DNA of 64,000 nucleotides. It comes from an uncultured Armatimonadia bacterium. Lineage in GTDB: Bacteria > Armatimonadota > Zipacnadia > Zipacnadales > UBA11051. The position numbers were made by a program, and so were the translations under genes. The number at the start of each line of letters is the position of its first letter. Position 1 is the stretch's first letter. Below, one piece after another: positions 9,363-19,700 of the stretch. The stretch spans positions 1,654-65,653 of the forward strand of contig CAZJVY010000008.1 of assembly GCA_964549395.1 (NCBI GenBank). The letters are read 5' to 3'. Below the pieces are notes generated by a model that was not told the DNA's origin, did not search any database, and worked only from the letters and a program-made list of their open reading frames with translations.

Positions 9363-11981
9363 TCAGTACTTCTTCAGCAGGCGCAGCTTGTCCGTGAGCC
9401 GCAATGCGGCAGCGCGTCTGTCTTCGTCAGGCTTCTCGTTGTCGGGAATCTGTTTCAGGGCCTGGAGAGACTTGGCGTCGCCGATGCACTCCATGGTGAT
9501 GGCCAGCCACGCGCGCTGGTCCGGATCCTGTGCTCTCATTCGCGCGTCATAGACCGGATCAGTGGCATATCGTCCGATCCCGCCAAGGGTGGCGGCGAGC
9601 CAAGGCTTGATGTCATCCGGGGCGGCCTCAAGCTGTCCCACCAGGTCCTTGACTGGACTTGCCTGCATCATCGCCAGTCCGACCGCTGCCTGCACACGGA
9701 TACTGTCGGAGTTGTTGGGATCGGTCAGGACTGTTATGAGCGACTTGCCCGCCTCGCTGAGTTCCTCGCCCGCCTCCTTGTCCTCCTCCACGGGGGCTTT
9801 CATGCCGATCAGGGCTACAGCCTGGGCTGCATCGGCAGCGTACTCGCCACCGGCCTTCAACAGACGACTGAGAGCCTCTACGCCCTGCGTATATCCCATG
9901 GTCCCAAGCGCGTTGATGGCGCCGTGGCGCACAGGGGGCGCAGCGCCCTCATCGGCAGCGGCCTGGGACAGTAGCTGCCCGATCTTGCCCGCGAGAGTCT
10001 GGTCCAGCCCCGTCTCGCGCACGCCGCCGATCTCCGCCGCCTGGGTGTCGCCCGCACTCGTACCGCTCAGGACAAGGGCTATCGCCGCGCGGTACTGCAG
10101 GTCCTTGTCTTGCGTCTTCTCGGCCAAGCGTGCTAGCTGTGGCTGCGGGTTGCTGGCACGCCACTGGCTGAGAGCAGTCATTGCCGCGTCACGGACCTGG
10201 GGCGAAGACGCCTCGAGGCCCTTCAGCAGTAGGTCAACTCCGTCACCGGAAGCGATTTGGCCGACGGCGCCCATTATCGCGGCGGCCACAGCAGGCTCGG
10301 AACGGGAATATGCAGTCTGCAACGGTGGGAGGGCATCCTTGCTCCGAGTGCGCCCCAAGGCGTTAACTGCCGCCCGCCGAACAGCCGCCGGCTGGGCCTG
10401 ATCGGAGAGGACCTTAGCGGTCGGCTGTACCGCATAGGCACCCAGCTCGCCGAGGGCGATTGCAGCCCACTTGGCGAGGTCAGTCTGGGTTTGTGCTTGC
10501 TTGATGGCTGCGACCAGGCTGGTAACGGCCGGCCGCCCGATGCGCACCAAGGCCTGTTGCGCCATGTGAGCGGCGCGTACATCACTACTGCCCATCGCCT
10601 GCAGCAGCGCTGGTATTGCTGCAGGACCGCACTTGCCCAGAGCGTCGCGTGCGGCATAGTATACATGCCAGTCGGCATCATATAGCGCTTTGGTCAATGG
10701 CCCTATGATCGTCGCAGCGTGGGCGATCAACTGGGTGTCTGTGCGAGCGCGGAGGGCCTCCGCGGCGGCTCGCCGGACCGCCGGATCAGCAGATTTCGAG
10801 AGGGCCTGCGCCAGCGGCACAACTGGCGCTGGGCCGCCGATGTTGGCGAGCGCACGCACGGCAAGCAGTTGCACCTGACCGGACGGGTCGGCGATCGCCC
10901 CTGCAAGGGGGCCCACGGACGCCGCACCAAGCCGCTCGATGGCGCGGACCAACTCGTCCGCAATGCCCTCGCGGTTGCCTATGAGCGCCTGCACAAGCGG
11001 ACCGGCGGCGGCCGGGTCCCCCAGCTTTCCGAGGGCCTCGGCAACTGCGGCACGCACATCGGGATGCTCGTTGGGGTCCTGCAAGCGCGCGATTAGGGGG
11101 GCCGTAGCGCCATTGTCGCGGGCGTCCGGACCCAAAACGCCGATGGAGGCCGCGGCCTTGCGGCGGACTGCATAGCTAGTGTCGCTCTGGAGGCGGCCGA
11201 GCAGTGACGGAACCACGATTGCCACTTCCTCGGGGGAGAACGATCCGCCGAGCAACGTGACCCCGACCCCGCGCGTATCGGAGTTGGGGTCGGTGAGCAA
11301 TTCGCCGATGATTGCGGGGAAAGCGACGGCCTTCATCGCCTGCAGTGCGGCCTGGGCGGTAGCTCTCTGTCGGAGGTACTTCTCCGCTGCCTCCGGATCC
11401 TCACTGCCGGTGGGGGCGGGCTCCTTGATGACCGCAATGAGTTCGTCTATCGCCGGTTCGCCGACGCCGCCCAGCACGGCACTGACGCCGGCGCGTACAT
11501 AGTCATCCCAGGCGTCCATCAGGGGCAACAAATAGGGAATCACCGGCTCGCCTATGGCGATGAGGACAGCATTGACCCCTTTGCGCGTGTTAGCGTCCTT
11601 GTCTCTGAGCGCCTCCACAAGGGTCGGTATTGCGCTGTTGCCGGCACTGATGAGCAGGTCCGTGGCGCGCTGCTGCACCGGGGCGTCCAAAAGATACCAG
11701 GCAGTCAGCAACTGGTACCATGCTTGCGCCGTACCGATCTGTGCAACGGCCGCGACAGCACGTTCCTGAACCCAGCGTGGCTGGTCCTTCATAGCGTCCG
11801 CAAGAGCGCGGCCGTCAACAAGCTCCCCGGCGGCTGCTAGCTGTTGAGCCGGCGTTCCGTTGGCAAGGCGATCCTGCAGATCGGCCATGCGGTGGCTGCG
11901 ACCGACCGCCCAAACGATGACAATGACAATCACCGCAGCAGCTACTATCCAGTTTACTTGCCGTCTGATGCTTTCGTCCAC
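9363..11981 (-). CDS. Large membrane-anchored HEAT-repeat protein (872 aa, about 20 repeats)
   Basis: N-terminal TM WIVAAAVIVIVIVWAVG. Repeated AVRRAAAEALG / VRAAVAEALGKLGDP / VRRKAAASIGVLGP units. First gene of the minus-strand operon that runs to 5890. Confidence 0.65.
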   Translation of the reverse strand: MDESIRRQVNWIVAAAVIVIVIVWAVGRSHRMADLQDRLANGTPAQQLAAAGELVDGRALADAMKDQPRWVQERAVAAVAQIGTAQAWYQLLTAWYLLDAPVQQRATDLLISAGNSAIPTLVEALRDKDANTRKGVNAVLIAIGEPVIPYLLPLMDAWDDYVRAGVSAVLGGVGEPAIDELIAVIKEPAPTGSEDPEAAEKYLRQRATAQAALQAMKAVAFPAIIGELLTDPNSDTRGVGVTLLGGSFSPEEVAIVVPSLLGRLQSDTSYAVRRKAAASIGVLGPDARDNGATAPLIARLQDPNEHPDVRAAVAEALGKLGDPAAAGPLVQALIGNREGIADELVRAIERLGAASVGPLAGAIADPSGQVQLLAVRALANIGGPAPVVPLAQALSKSADPAVRRAAAEALRARTDTQLIAHAATIIGPLTKALYDADWHVYYAARDALGKCGPAAIPALLQAMGSSDVRAAHMAQQALVRIGRPAVTSLVAAIKQAQTQTDLAKWAAIALGELGAYAVQPTAKVLSDQAQPAAVRRAAVNALGRTRSKDALPPLQTAYSRSEPAVAAAIMGAVGQIASGDGVDLLLKGLEASSPQVRDAAMTALSQWRASNPQPQLARLAEKTQDKDLQYRAAIALVLSGTSAGDTQAAEIGGVRETGLDQTLAGKIGQLLSQAAADEGAAPPVRHGAINALGTMGYTQGVEALSRLLKAGGEYAADAAQAVALIGMKAPVEEDKEAGEELSEAGKSLITVLTDPNNSDSIRVQAAVGLAMMQASPVKDLVGQLEAAPDDIKPWLAATLGGIGRYATDPVYDARMRAQDPDQRAWLAITMECIGDAKSLQALKQIPDNEKPDEDRRAAALRLTDKLRLLKKY

Positions 11982-12050
11982 TTATGTCAGCTCCTCAGAA
12001 GAACGGTCAATACTGCCCGTCCGTGGACAGCAGAGATTGCCCCTGGCGCG

Positions 12051-12065
12051 GTTGGCACTGCCAAC
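12051..12065. promoter_or_regulatory. Perfect 7-bp-arm palindrome GTTGGCAcTGCCAAC in the divergent intergenic region
   Basis: Seen directly. It lies 70 nt upstream of the HEAT operon start (11981, minus strand) and 290 nt upstream of the plus-strand gene at 12352. Candidate operator. Confidence 0.25.
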
Positions 12066-12351
12066 ACCCGCCGAAGGTATGCCCTCCGGCGATAACAGAA
12101 CGTAGTTCCCCGGCGTCATGCGGAATTCCTTCTCCACGACCAAAGCTTTACCTGCCGGACCAGAGAGGAATCTGCCGATCACCAGGCAAAATAGATAGTA
12201 CCGCTGAATTATAGAGCCGATGGCGGGTGCTGGCAAGGGGCAAACGTGGCGGAGTTATAGTGCCAGAGACCTTGTGCTGCGGGCCGTACTGCGGGCTTCA
12301 GGGGCGCCGGGGCGGCGTCCTCACCGGCGCTGTCGAGAGGGTTGGTGACCT

Positions 12352-13350
12352 ATGATGAATCCAATGGCGAGTCGGTTGTTGGCTGGGGCGCGACGCATGG
12401 GATGCATTCCGCTGTTTAACCCGGCAGAAGGCGTGACGGTCCGGGAGCCACTTGGTGCGGGCTTCGGTTGGTGGGCCGGCGGATGCAGTGGCGTGTACGA
12501 CGCGGCTGGCGGCAAGTTCTACCTGTACTACAGGCTGCGCAAGCCGCGCGAACTGGGACGCGGCGTGGATTGCCGTGTGGCCACTAGCGACGACGGGAGC
12601 AGCTTCGAAGATATCTGGCGCGCCACCAAGGAAGAGATCGACACCCAGTCAATGGAAAAAGCCTGCCTGTTCAAGGCTGCGGATAGTCTATGGCGGCTGT
12701 ATCTGTCCTTTGTCGGACCGGATGGTCGCTGGCAAATAGAGATGATCGAAGCGGCCACTTTGGAGCAACTGGATGTCGGTGACCGAACGCCGATATTGAG
12801 CCCTGACGACTGCAATGCGGAGGGCGTCAAGGACCCTGCCATATACGACATCGGCGGCCTACTGCACATGATCGTCAGCTATGCGCCGAAACCGAGCGCA
12901 AACGGGCAGGACATCCAGCGGGAAATGCACGGTACGGGAGACGTGTACAATACAGGCATTGTCAAATCCCATACCGGCTTGGCGGTCAGCAGCAACGGTG
13001 TTGACTGGACGTGGGAGGGCGACATTTTGAGCCCTCCAGACACTGGCTGGGATCAGTACTGCACCCGTCTCAACTCCGTGGTTTACAGAGCGCCCGTCTA
13101 TACGGGCTTCTATGATGGCAGTGCCAGCGTAGAGGAGAACTATGAGGAGAAGGCCGGCATCTGCGTCAGCCACGATCTGCGCCACTGGGACCGGGTTACG
13201 CTCGATGGGCCGTTCGTCCTGTCGCCGCACGCGACGCGGGCTATACGGTACATTGAGGTGGTCCCGACCGAGACGCACCTACACTACTTCTACGAGTGGA
13301 CGCGGGCCGACGGGTCGCACGAACTGCGCACCAATGCCGTGGAATGGTAA
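12352..13350 (+). CDS. Beta-propeller glycosidase-like protein (GH43/GH32/GH130 superfamily-like)
   Basis: 332 aa, beta-strand rich with repeated aromatic/Asp blades (GVKDPAIYDIGGLLHMIVSY, GICVSHDLRHWDRV). Family not resolved. Confidence 0.35.
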   Translation: MMNPMASRLLAGARRMGCIPLFNPAEGVTVREPLGAGFGWWAGGCSGVYDAAGGKFYLYYRLRKPRELGRGVDCRVATSDDGSSFEDIWRATKEEIDTQSMEKACLFKAADSLWRLYLSFVGPDGRWQIEMIEAATLEQLDVGDRTPILSPDDCNAEGVKDPAIYDIGGLLHMIVSYAPKPSANGQDIQREMHGTGDVYNTGIVKSHTGLAVSSNGVDWTWEGDILSPPDTGWDQYCTRLNSVVYRAPVYTGFYDGSASVEENYEEKAGICVSHDLRHWDRVTLDGPFVLSPHATRAIRYIEVVPTETHLHYFYEWTRADGSHELRTNAVEW

Positions 13351-13366
13351 GGACGGAAGAATGTAG

Positions 13367-16300
13367 ATGGGCGAGGTCAAGGTTCTCTGCGGTCCTCCGG
13401 GCTGCGGGAAAACCGAAGAGGTCGTGCGCCGCTTTGTAGGGCAGGTACAGGCCGCCGGACTTGATTCGGCTGTGCTGCTGGTGCCGACGAGTCGCATCGT
13501 GCGTGAGATTTCGCGCCGCCTGCTCGCCGATGGTTCTCTCAGGGGGCTCGTTGACGCTCGCATTCTCACCTTCCCACAGTTAGCGGATCAGCTCCTGCGC
13601 GCCAATCATGCCCTTGCGCCGGAACTCAGTCCGCTACAACGCGAAATGTTGATGCGCCTGGTAATCAACACAATTGCGGCGCACGACGGCCTCAGGGCAC
13701 TGGCAACTTGTGCGCGCACGCCCGGGCTGGCGCGGGCGCTGCTCGGGCTTATTGATGAACTGAAGCGTGCCGCAATACGGCCGGACGAGCTTGCTGCAGG
13801 ATTGAAGAAGGTCGGCCTAAACCGGCCACTGGATCGCGAATTGCGTGCCATCTACAGGCGGTATCAGGCCCTGCTCGCCGACAGAGCGCTATACGACGCG
13901 GCAGGCAAGTTCTGGGAAGCCAGAGACCTGTTGCGGGACGGGCAGATTGCCCCATTTCAAGGTATGAGACACCTCTTTGTTGACGGGTTCGCCGACTTTA
14001 CGACTACTGAGCTTCAGGTGCTCACGCATCTGGCCTCGTTCGCTGAGGGAACAGTCATCACACTTCCATACAGCCCTGATGAGAGGAGAGATGAAGTCAG
14101 ATGGCTTCCGGAGCAGACTCTGCGGCGTATCCGGAGCGATGACATGATGCCCGCCGCAGTCTGCGAACCGGTACTGCCAGGAGAACCGTGCGATGACGCC
14201 TTGGCTTTCGTGCGCCGGCACCTCTTCGCCCTTGCTCCGCCGGCGGCGCCCGATGGCTGTGCCAAGCAGGTCCGATTGACCGTTGCCGACAGCATCCGCG
14301 CAGAGCTTCGGGCTATCGCTACTCAAGTGAAGACGCTTTTGCTGGACGGTGTGGCGCCTGCGGATATCTGCGTTTCGTTCCGGCAGCCCCACAGACACAG
14401 AGACCTGATTGGCCAGGTCTTCGGGGAATGCGGCGTGCCATACCATTTCTCTGCAGAGGATAATATCGCCGGCCAACCGCTGGTGCAATTAGTGATGAGT
14501 CTGCTCAGAATCGCTACGGGGGATTGTGACAGGAACGACATCATCAGCTTCCTGCGCAGTGAAGCAGCAGACCTGAGGTGTCTGCAAAACGAGCAGGGAG
14601 AGCCGGACAGCGATACCGTGTTTGCCGTCGCATGTCGCGCCGGAATCGTGCGCGGGCGCGACCAGTGGTCCAATGGCCTCAGGTTATACAGACAGCGCCT
14701 GCTGCGACATCTGACAGCTATCCGGCAGCGCCGTGACGTGGACGAACTGGACGACGACCTGCGCGCGATGACCGACCCGGAACGAGTGGAGGCGGAACTG
14801 CGAAGGGTGGAGGCAGTGGAGAACCTGCTGTCTCGGCTTCTCGAGCAGTTGGACAGGCTGCCTCGCGCTGCAACTCTCTCTGAGCACATCAGCGCCCTGC
14901 TGAGGTTGATGGAGAGCTTCGGCCTGTCGCCTGACAGTCTGACGGAGGGAGCAGCGGCCGTGTGGCTGAGCCGCGATAATCTGCGGGCATTTGACAGCTT
15001 CTGCGAGGCGTTGTGGGAGTGCAAGCAGATAGCGGGATGGCAATCCGGCCGGCAGCCGGTAGCCCTGGCTGAATTCATTGAGCAGCTTGCCGTCCTGGTA
15101 CGAGCAGTACGTTTCCGGCCGGATCAGCAGGAGCAGGGACGCGTCAGAGTTCTGGATGTCTATGACAATCTGCGGCAGATGCGAGTTCCTTACCTGTTCA
15201 TCGCCGACCTCGTGCAGGGGGCATTCCCGCTGGTTGACCGGGACGAGGTCTTCTACTCGGAGGATGAACGCGCCCTGCTGTCCGAGCAGGCCGGCTTTCA
15301 CTTGCGCACCAGGCCCGGCAACGAAATGGCGGAGGCATTTCTTTTCCACGAGGCTGTTTCGGCGGCTACGAAGCAACTGCATCTCAGCCATACGGCCTTC
15401 GGCAATGACGGCAACCCGGTACTGCCTTCACAGTACTTCGAGGAAGTGAAGCGGCTTCTGGGGGCGGACGCGAGTGCCGTATGTCACGCCGCAACCCGGG
15501 CCGATGATAGCATTGAGTTGGTCTGTGGCATTCGGCAACTGCGTGAGGGTGTGTTCTCGGGCATGTTTGCCGGCGACCGGCCCGGTGCCGGCGAGGAGGA
15601 GGTCCTCGCCGGCTACAACCTGCTGTGTGAGATTGACCCGGCCGTAACGCCGCGCGCAGCGCAGGCCGCACTGGCCGAAGCAGGCAGGTATAGCCGCGAC
15701 CCGTTCGACGCCTATGACGGCATCCTCGATGATAAAAGGCTAATCGCGCAACTCTCCGCGCAGTGGGGCGATCAGCACATTTACAGCGCCAGCCAACTTT
15801 CGGCCTACGGTTCGTGTCCCTTCAGGTTCTATCTGGAGCGGGTGCTGCGTCTTGAGAGTGTCACGGAGCCGGATGATGAGCCTGACCGGGCCGCCCGTGG
15901 CAGCCTGGCACATCGCATCCTGTCGAGATTCATGAATGAATGGATCAATGACGACAGTCACCCGGCGGCGCTCTTGGAGGATGACCTAGAGGAAGCGCAA
16001 GATACCCTTCGGCGGGTTGCCGATGAGGTGTTCGCGTGGTACGAACGCAGCAAGTTGGTAACCAATCAACGGCTATGGGAGATGGCGCGAGATCAACTGC
16101 GCGCAGACCTCCTGGCCCTTCCGCAGGCCGAAGCCGACGCGAATGCAGGTGCGGAAGGCGTGCAGTATGTGCCACTGATGCTGGAAGCGGAGTACGGCTA
16201 CAGAGACCAAGCGCCGGTGACGGTCACAGCAGATAGTCAGACGGTGAGGATCGGAGGTCGCATTGATCGCCTCGACCTGGTCGTTGGCGAAAGCGGCGAA

Positions 16301-16708
16301 CCGGTCGGGTTCGCGGTACTGGATTACAAGACTTCGTCTTCAGTACCCGGACGCAAGGAGCTTGAGGGCGGGCAGGATCTGCAGCTTCCCCTGTACATCA
16401 TGGGTGGAAGCGCGCTGTTGACGGATGACGGGCGGAATCTGCCGTGTCATCTGGGCTGCTATTACCAGATCCGTGGCGGCATCGCGAAGCGACGGAGCCA
16501 GATCGCGCTCGGGGCGCGCCTCGACCGCGACAGCATCGTGCAGGCGGCAGTGCGGCACGTCGTGGCCTTCGTACGGGCGATCCGGTCGGGGATATTCCCG
16601 GTAATGCCAGGCGGGGAGAAGTGGTGTGGACACTGCGATTTCGGGACCGTCTGTCGCCATGCGCCGTGGCGATGCCGGGACAAGCAGAGGGGGGCCGAGG
16701 TTGAATAG
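13367..16708 (+). CDS. addB: AddB-type helicase-nuclease subunit B (PD-(D/E)XK nuclease with Fe-S cluster)
   Basis: 1113 aa. Walker A GPPGCGKT. C-terminal nuclease LDYKTSS with Cys cluster C-x...CGHCDFGTVC...C. Confidence 0.75.
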   Translation: MGEVKVLCGPPGCGKTEEVVRRFVGQVQAAGLDSAVLLVPTSRIVREISRRLLADGSLRGLVDARILTFPQLADQLLRANHALAPELSPLQREMLMRLVINTIAAHDGLRALATCARTPGLARALLGLIDELKRAAIRPDELAAGLKKVGLNRPLDRELRAIYRRYQALLADRALYDAAGKFWEARDLLRDGQIAPFQGMRHLFVDGFADFTTTELQVLTHLASFAEGTVITLPYSPDERRDEVRWLPEQTLRRIRSDDMMPAAVCEPVLPGEPCDDALAFVRRHLFALAPPAAPDGCAKQVRLTVADSIRAELRAIATQVKTLLLDGVAPADICVSFRQPHRHRDLIGQVFGECGVPYHFSAEDNIAGQPLVQLVMSLLRIATGDCDRNDIISFLRSEAADLRCLQNEQGEPDSDTVFAVACRAGIVRGRDQWSNGLRLYRQRLLRHLTAIRQRRDVDELDDDLRAMTDPERVEAELRRVEAVENLLSRLLEQLDRLPRAATLSEHISALLRLMESFGLSPDSLTEGAAAVWLSRDNLRAFDSFCEALWECKQIAGWQSGRQPVALAEFIEQLAVLVRAVRFRPDQQEQGRVRVLDVYDNLRQMRVPYLFIADLVQGAFPLVDRDEVFYSEDERALLSEQAGFHLRTRPGNEMAEAFLFHEAVSAATKQLHLSHTAFGNDGNPVLPSQYFEEVKRLLGADASAVCHAATRADDSIELVCGIRQLREGVFSGMFAGDRPGAGEEEVLAGYNLLCEIDPAVTPRAAQAALAEAGRYSRDPFDAYDGILDDKRLIAQLSAQWGDQHIYSASQLSAYGSCPFRFYLERVLRLESVTEPDDEPDRAARGSLAHRILSRFMNEWINDDSHPAALLEDDLEEAQDTLRRVADEVFAWYERSKLVTNQRLWEMARDQLRADLLALPQAEADANAGAEGVQYVPLMLEAEYGYRDQAPVTVTADSQTVRIGGRIDRLDLVVGESGEPVGFAVLDYKTSSSVPGRKELEGGQDLQLPLYIMGGSALLTDDGRNLPCHLGCYYQIRGGIAKRRSQIALGARLDRDSIVQAAVRHVVAFVRAIRSGIFPVMPGGEKWCGHCDFGTVCRHAPWRCRDKQRGAEVE

Positions 16709-19700
16709 GCGATTGCCCCCTGACCAGAGCGTCCGCGACCAGGCGGTGCAGTTGGGGCGGGACGTGTTCCTTGCTGCGGGGGCCGGCACCGGCAAGACGA
16801 CCGTTCTCGTTGGCCGCTATATGGCCGCGTTGGAGGCTGGAATCAGGCCGCATGAGATCGTGGCCGTGACCTATACGGTTAAGGCCGCGGCGGAGATGCG
16901 CCAGCGGCTTCGCGAGAAGTGTGCGGAGAGTGTCGCTGCCGGAAACCCGGAGGAGGCCCGCCGTTGGCGACAGACTGCAAATGAGCTGGAGACAGCGCCG
17001 ATTTCCACGATTCACGGGTTCTGCGGCTCACTGCTCCGTGATTTCGCAGTCGAGGCCGGCCTGGACCCACATTACTCCATCATCGAGGAGCGGGCCACAT
17101 GGCTGCTGCGTCGCGGAATCGTCAGGCAGACGCTGCTGCAACGTCTAACAGATGGCGAGGAAAGCGCCGTCGCAGTGGTTGCTGAGTACGGTCGCCGCAA
17201 TGCGGAAGACCTGTTAGACGGCATACTACAGGGCCGCGAGCACCATGTGCGCCGGCTCGAAGCGCCCCCCTCGGTGGAAGACCTGCTCGCATACTGGAAC
17301 CAGATCCGGCCGATGCTTGTGGATGAATGCCTGCGAGATGTGCTGGATTCCGGCAAGGTCCGGGCCGCTTTGAACATTCTGGAAACGCACCCCCCTCATG
17401 TGGCTAGTGCTAAGTTCGCGGCTGAACGCCAGGCGGTGATGGCGGAAATAGAGCGGGCGCGCAGCGAAGCAGACGCCATGCGCCGCATTGCTGCGGCGAG
17501 AGCGGCGCAAGCGGCTGCGGCCGTACACAAGCGGGGCGGACGTGCCGACGACTGGGGTGCGGAGGAGACATTCAAGGCCGTCAAAGACGCGCTGAATGTG
17601 GTCAAGAAGCAGTTGGGCGATTTCTACGGCGAGCTTGACGAGCTTGAGGAGGCCGACTTCTCTCTGGCGGCGGAGAATACGGTCGCTTTCTGGCGCGAAG
17701 CGGCTGCGTGCTCCGATGCGTTTCAGGCCGCCAAGGCCGCCCAATCGCTGCTTGACTTCACCGACCTGCAACTCCAAATCGCACGGCTTCTGCAGGAGAA
17801 TGCGGAGGTGCGGAAGCGGTGCCGGCAACGGTACAAGCAGGTGATGGTTGATGAGTTCCAGGACACCAACGATCTGCAGCGCCAGATCATCTGGGCGGTC
17901 ACTGGGTTCGACAGCCAGAATGCCGAGCGCGAGGGACCACGTTTGTTCGTAGTAGGCGACGCCAAACAGTCCATCTACGGCTTCCGCAACGCCGACGTTG
18001 CGGTGTTTCGCCGAGTTCGCGTGGATTTCCGCGGTGGCTGCGATGGCGTGGATGAGCTGTTGCTGAAGGCCAGCTTCAGGAGCACGGACAGCCTGACATG
18101 CTTCCACAACTGGCTGTTCTCCCATGATGCGGTAATGGGCACGGGGGACAAGCCGGACTACGCGGCGCAGTTCGAGCCCGTGGAGACGCAGCGAGCGGCC
18201 AGAGAGGACGGGCTGGCGGGCGAGGTGCTCATCACCAACGTCCGCACCGGGGAGAATGCCGATGATGAGTTCAGCGCCGAGCGAAGGCGGGAGGCGGAGG
18301 CCGCCAATCTCGCGGCACGTCTCAGGGAGATGCTTGACCGCGGCTTCACCGTGACAGGCGAAGACGGTGAGCCGCGTCCGCTGGCCGGCAAGGACATTGC
18401 CATTCTGTTCCGCGCTACGACCAACATCAACCTGTACGAGCGAGCACTGCGTCGCCACGGCATAGATTTTCATACGGTTGTCGGCAGGGGATTCTGGTAT
18501 CGGCCCGAGGTCAGCGATCTTCTCAACATGATACGCGTGCTGGACAATTTCGGCGACGCGATAGCATTGGCCGGCGTGCTTCGTTCGCCTCTCTTTGGCT
18601 TCGACGACAATGAGCTGTACCGTGCTGCGAAGGCGGCAGATACTCTATACGCAGGCCTGTGCAGGCAGGGCGAGGGGGAGGACGGTGCGGAGCGGTCGAT
18701 GGGAGTGGTCGAGAAGGCATGGTGGGCTTGGCGGAAGCTGCAGGAGTTCCGGAGCCAATCGGCGGCGCTGCCGCTATCCGTGCTCCTGAGCCGGATCGTG
18801 GATGAGACCGGTTACTCAGCAGCGATGGCCGCACAGTTCGGGGGCCAGCGCCGAGTAGCGAACATCGAGAAGCTGATAGACGTGGCGCGCGGCTTCGAGC
18901 GCGAGGGCAGCTACAGCCTGCGTGACTTCGTCTCCTATGTCGAAACACTGCGTGAGATGGACGACCGCGAGGGAGAAGCGCCACCCGAGCAGACCGAAGG
19001 CGGCGCCGTCCAATTGCTGACCGTTCATCAAGCCAAGGGTCTAGAGTGGCCCGTGGTCGTCATACCGGACTTCGGCCGCGGGCCACGATCGGGGGGAGAG
19101 GCGTTGGTCACCTCAACCGTGTACGGCATCTGCGCACGCGTAGCAGAGGAGGACGGCGGCAGCACACAATGCGCCATTGGTCGGCTGATCAGGCAGGCTG
19201 AGGCCCACAGACAGCAGGCCGAAGAACAGCGTCTGCTCTATGTCGCCGCCACGCGTGCCCGCGACTACCTGATAATCTCAGCGGGAGTTGACCCCGACAA
19301 GAGCGGCCCGCACAGTGGCATGTGCGGATGGTTCGGTTGCCTCGCCGAGGCGGCCGGTTGGGATGCGGCAAGCATTGAGTGCGACGAGCTGGGCGATGGC
19401 CCCTGGCGCATGGCGGTCACCGTGGCTCCACCCGGCGAGTTGCCTCCGATGCAGGCCGCCGGCCAATCGCTGGCACAGCGGCACAAGGCCGCTTTTCTGT
19501 CTGGCACGCCGGTAGGCGAATACGCTGTCGGAGTGGCCACCCGCAGGCGGGTCGCGGCAATCCCAGTCATGACCACCGACTTCGCGAGAATGCCGGTCAC
19601 TGCCCTGGCGCAGTACCGACGCTGTCCGTTCTCGTATTGCCAGCGATTCGTCCGCGATATGCCCGAACTGGATGCAGGCTGGGGTCTCGGTCGTCTTGAG

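Noticed and set aside
14323-15391. Two long minus-strand ORFs (251 and 235 aa) inside addB
   Set aside because: Antisense to a gene with clear Walker A and nuclease motifs. Ser/Arg-rich shadow frames.
16626-16700. addA starting at the ATG at 16626, 83 nt inside addB
   Set aside because: The first 25 codons are Gly/Arg/Ala-rich and overlap the addB Cys-cluster region. A TTG at 16701 overlapping the addB stop gives a protein starting just before the conserved helicase motif I, so the longer start is less likely although not excluded.
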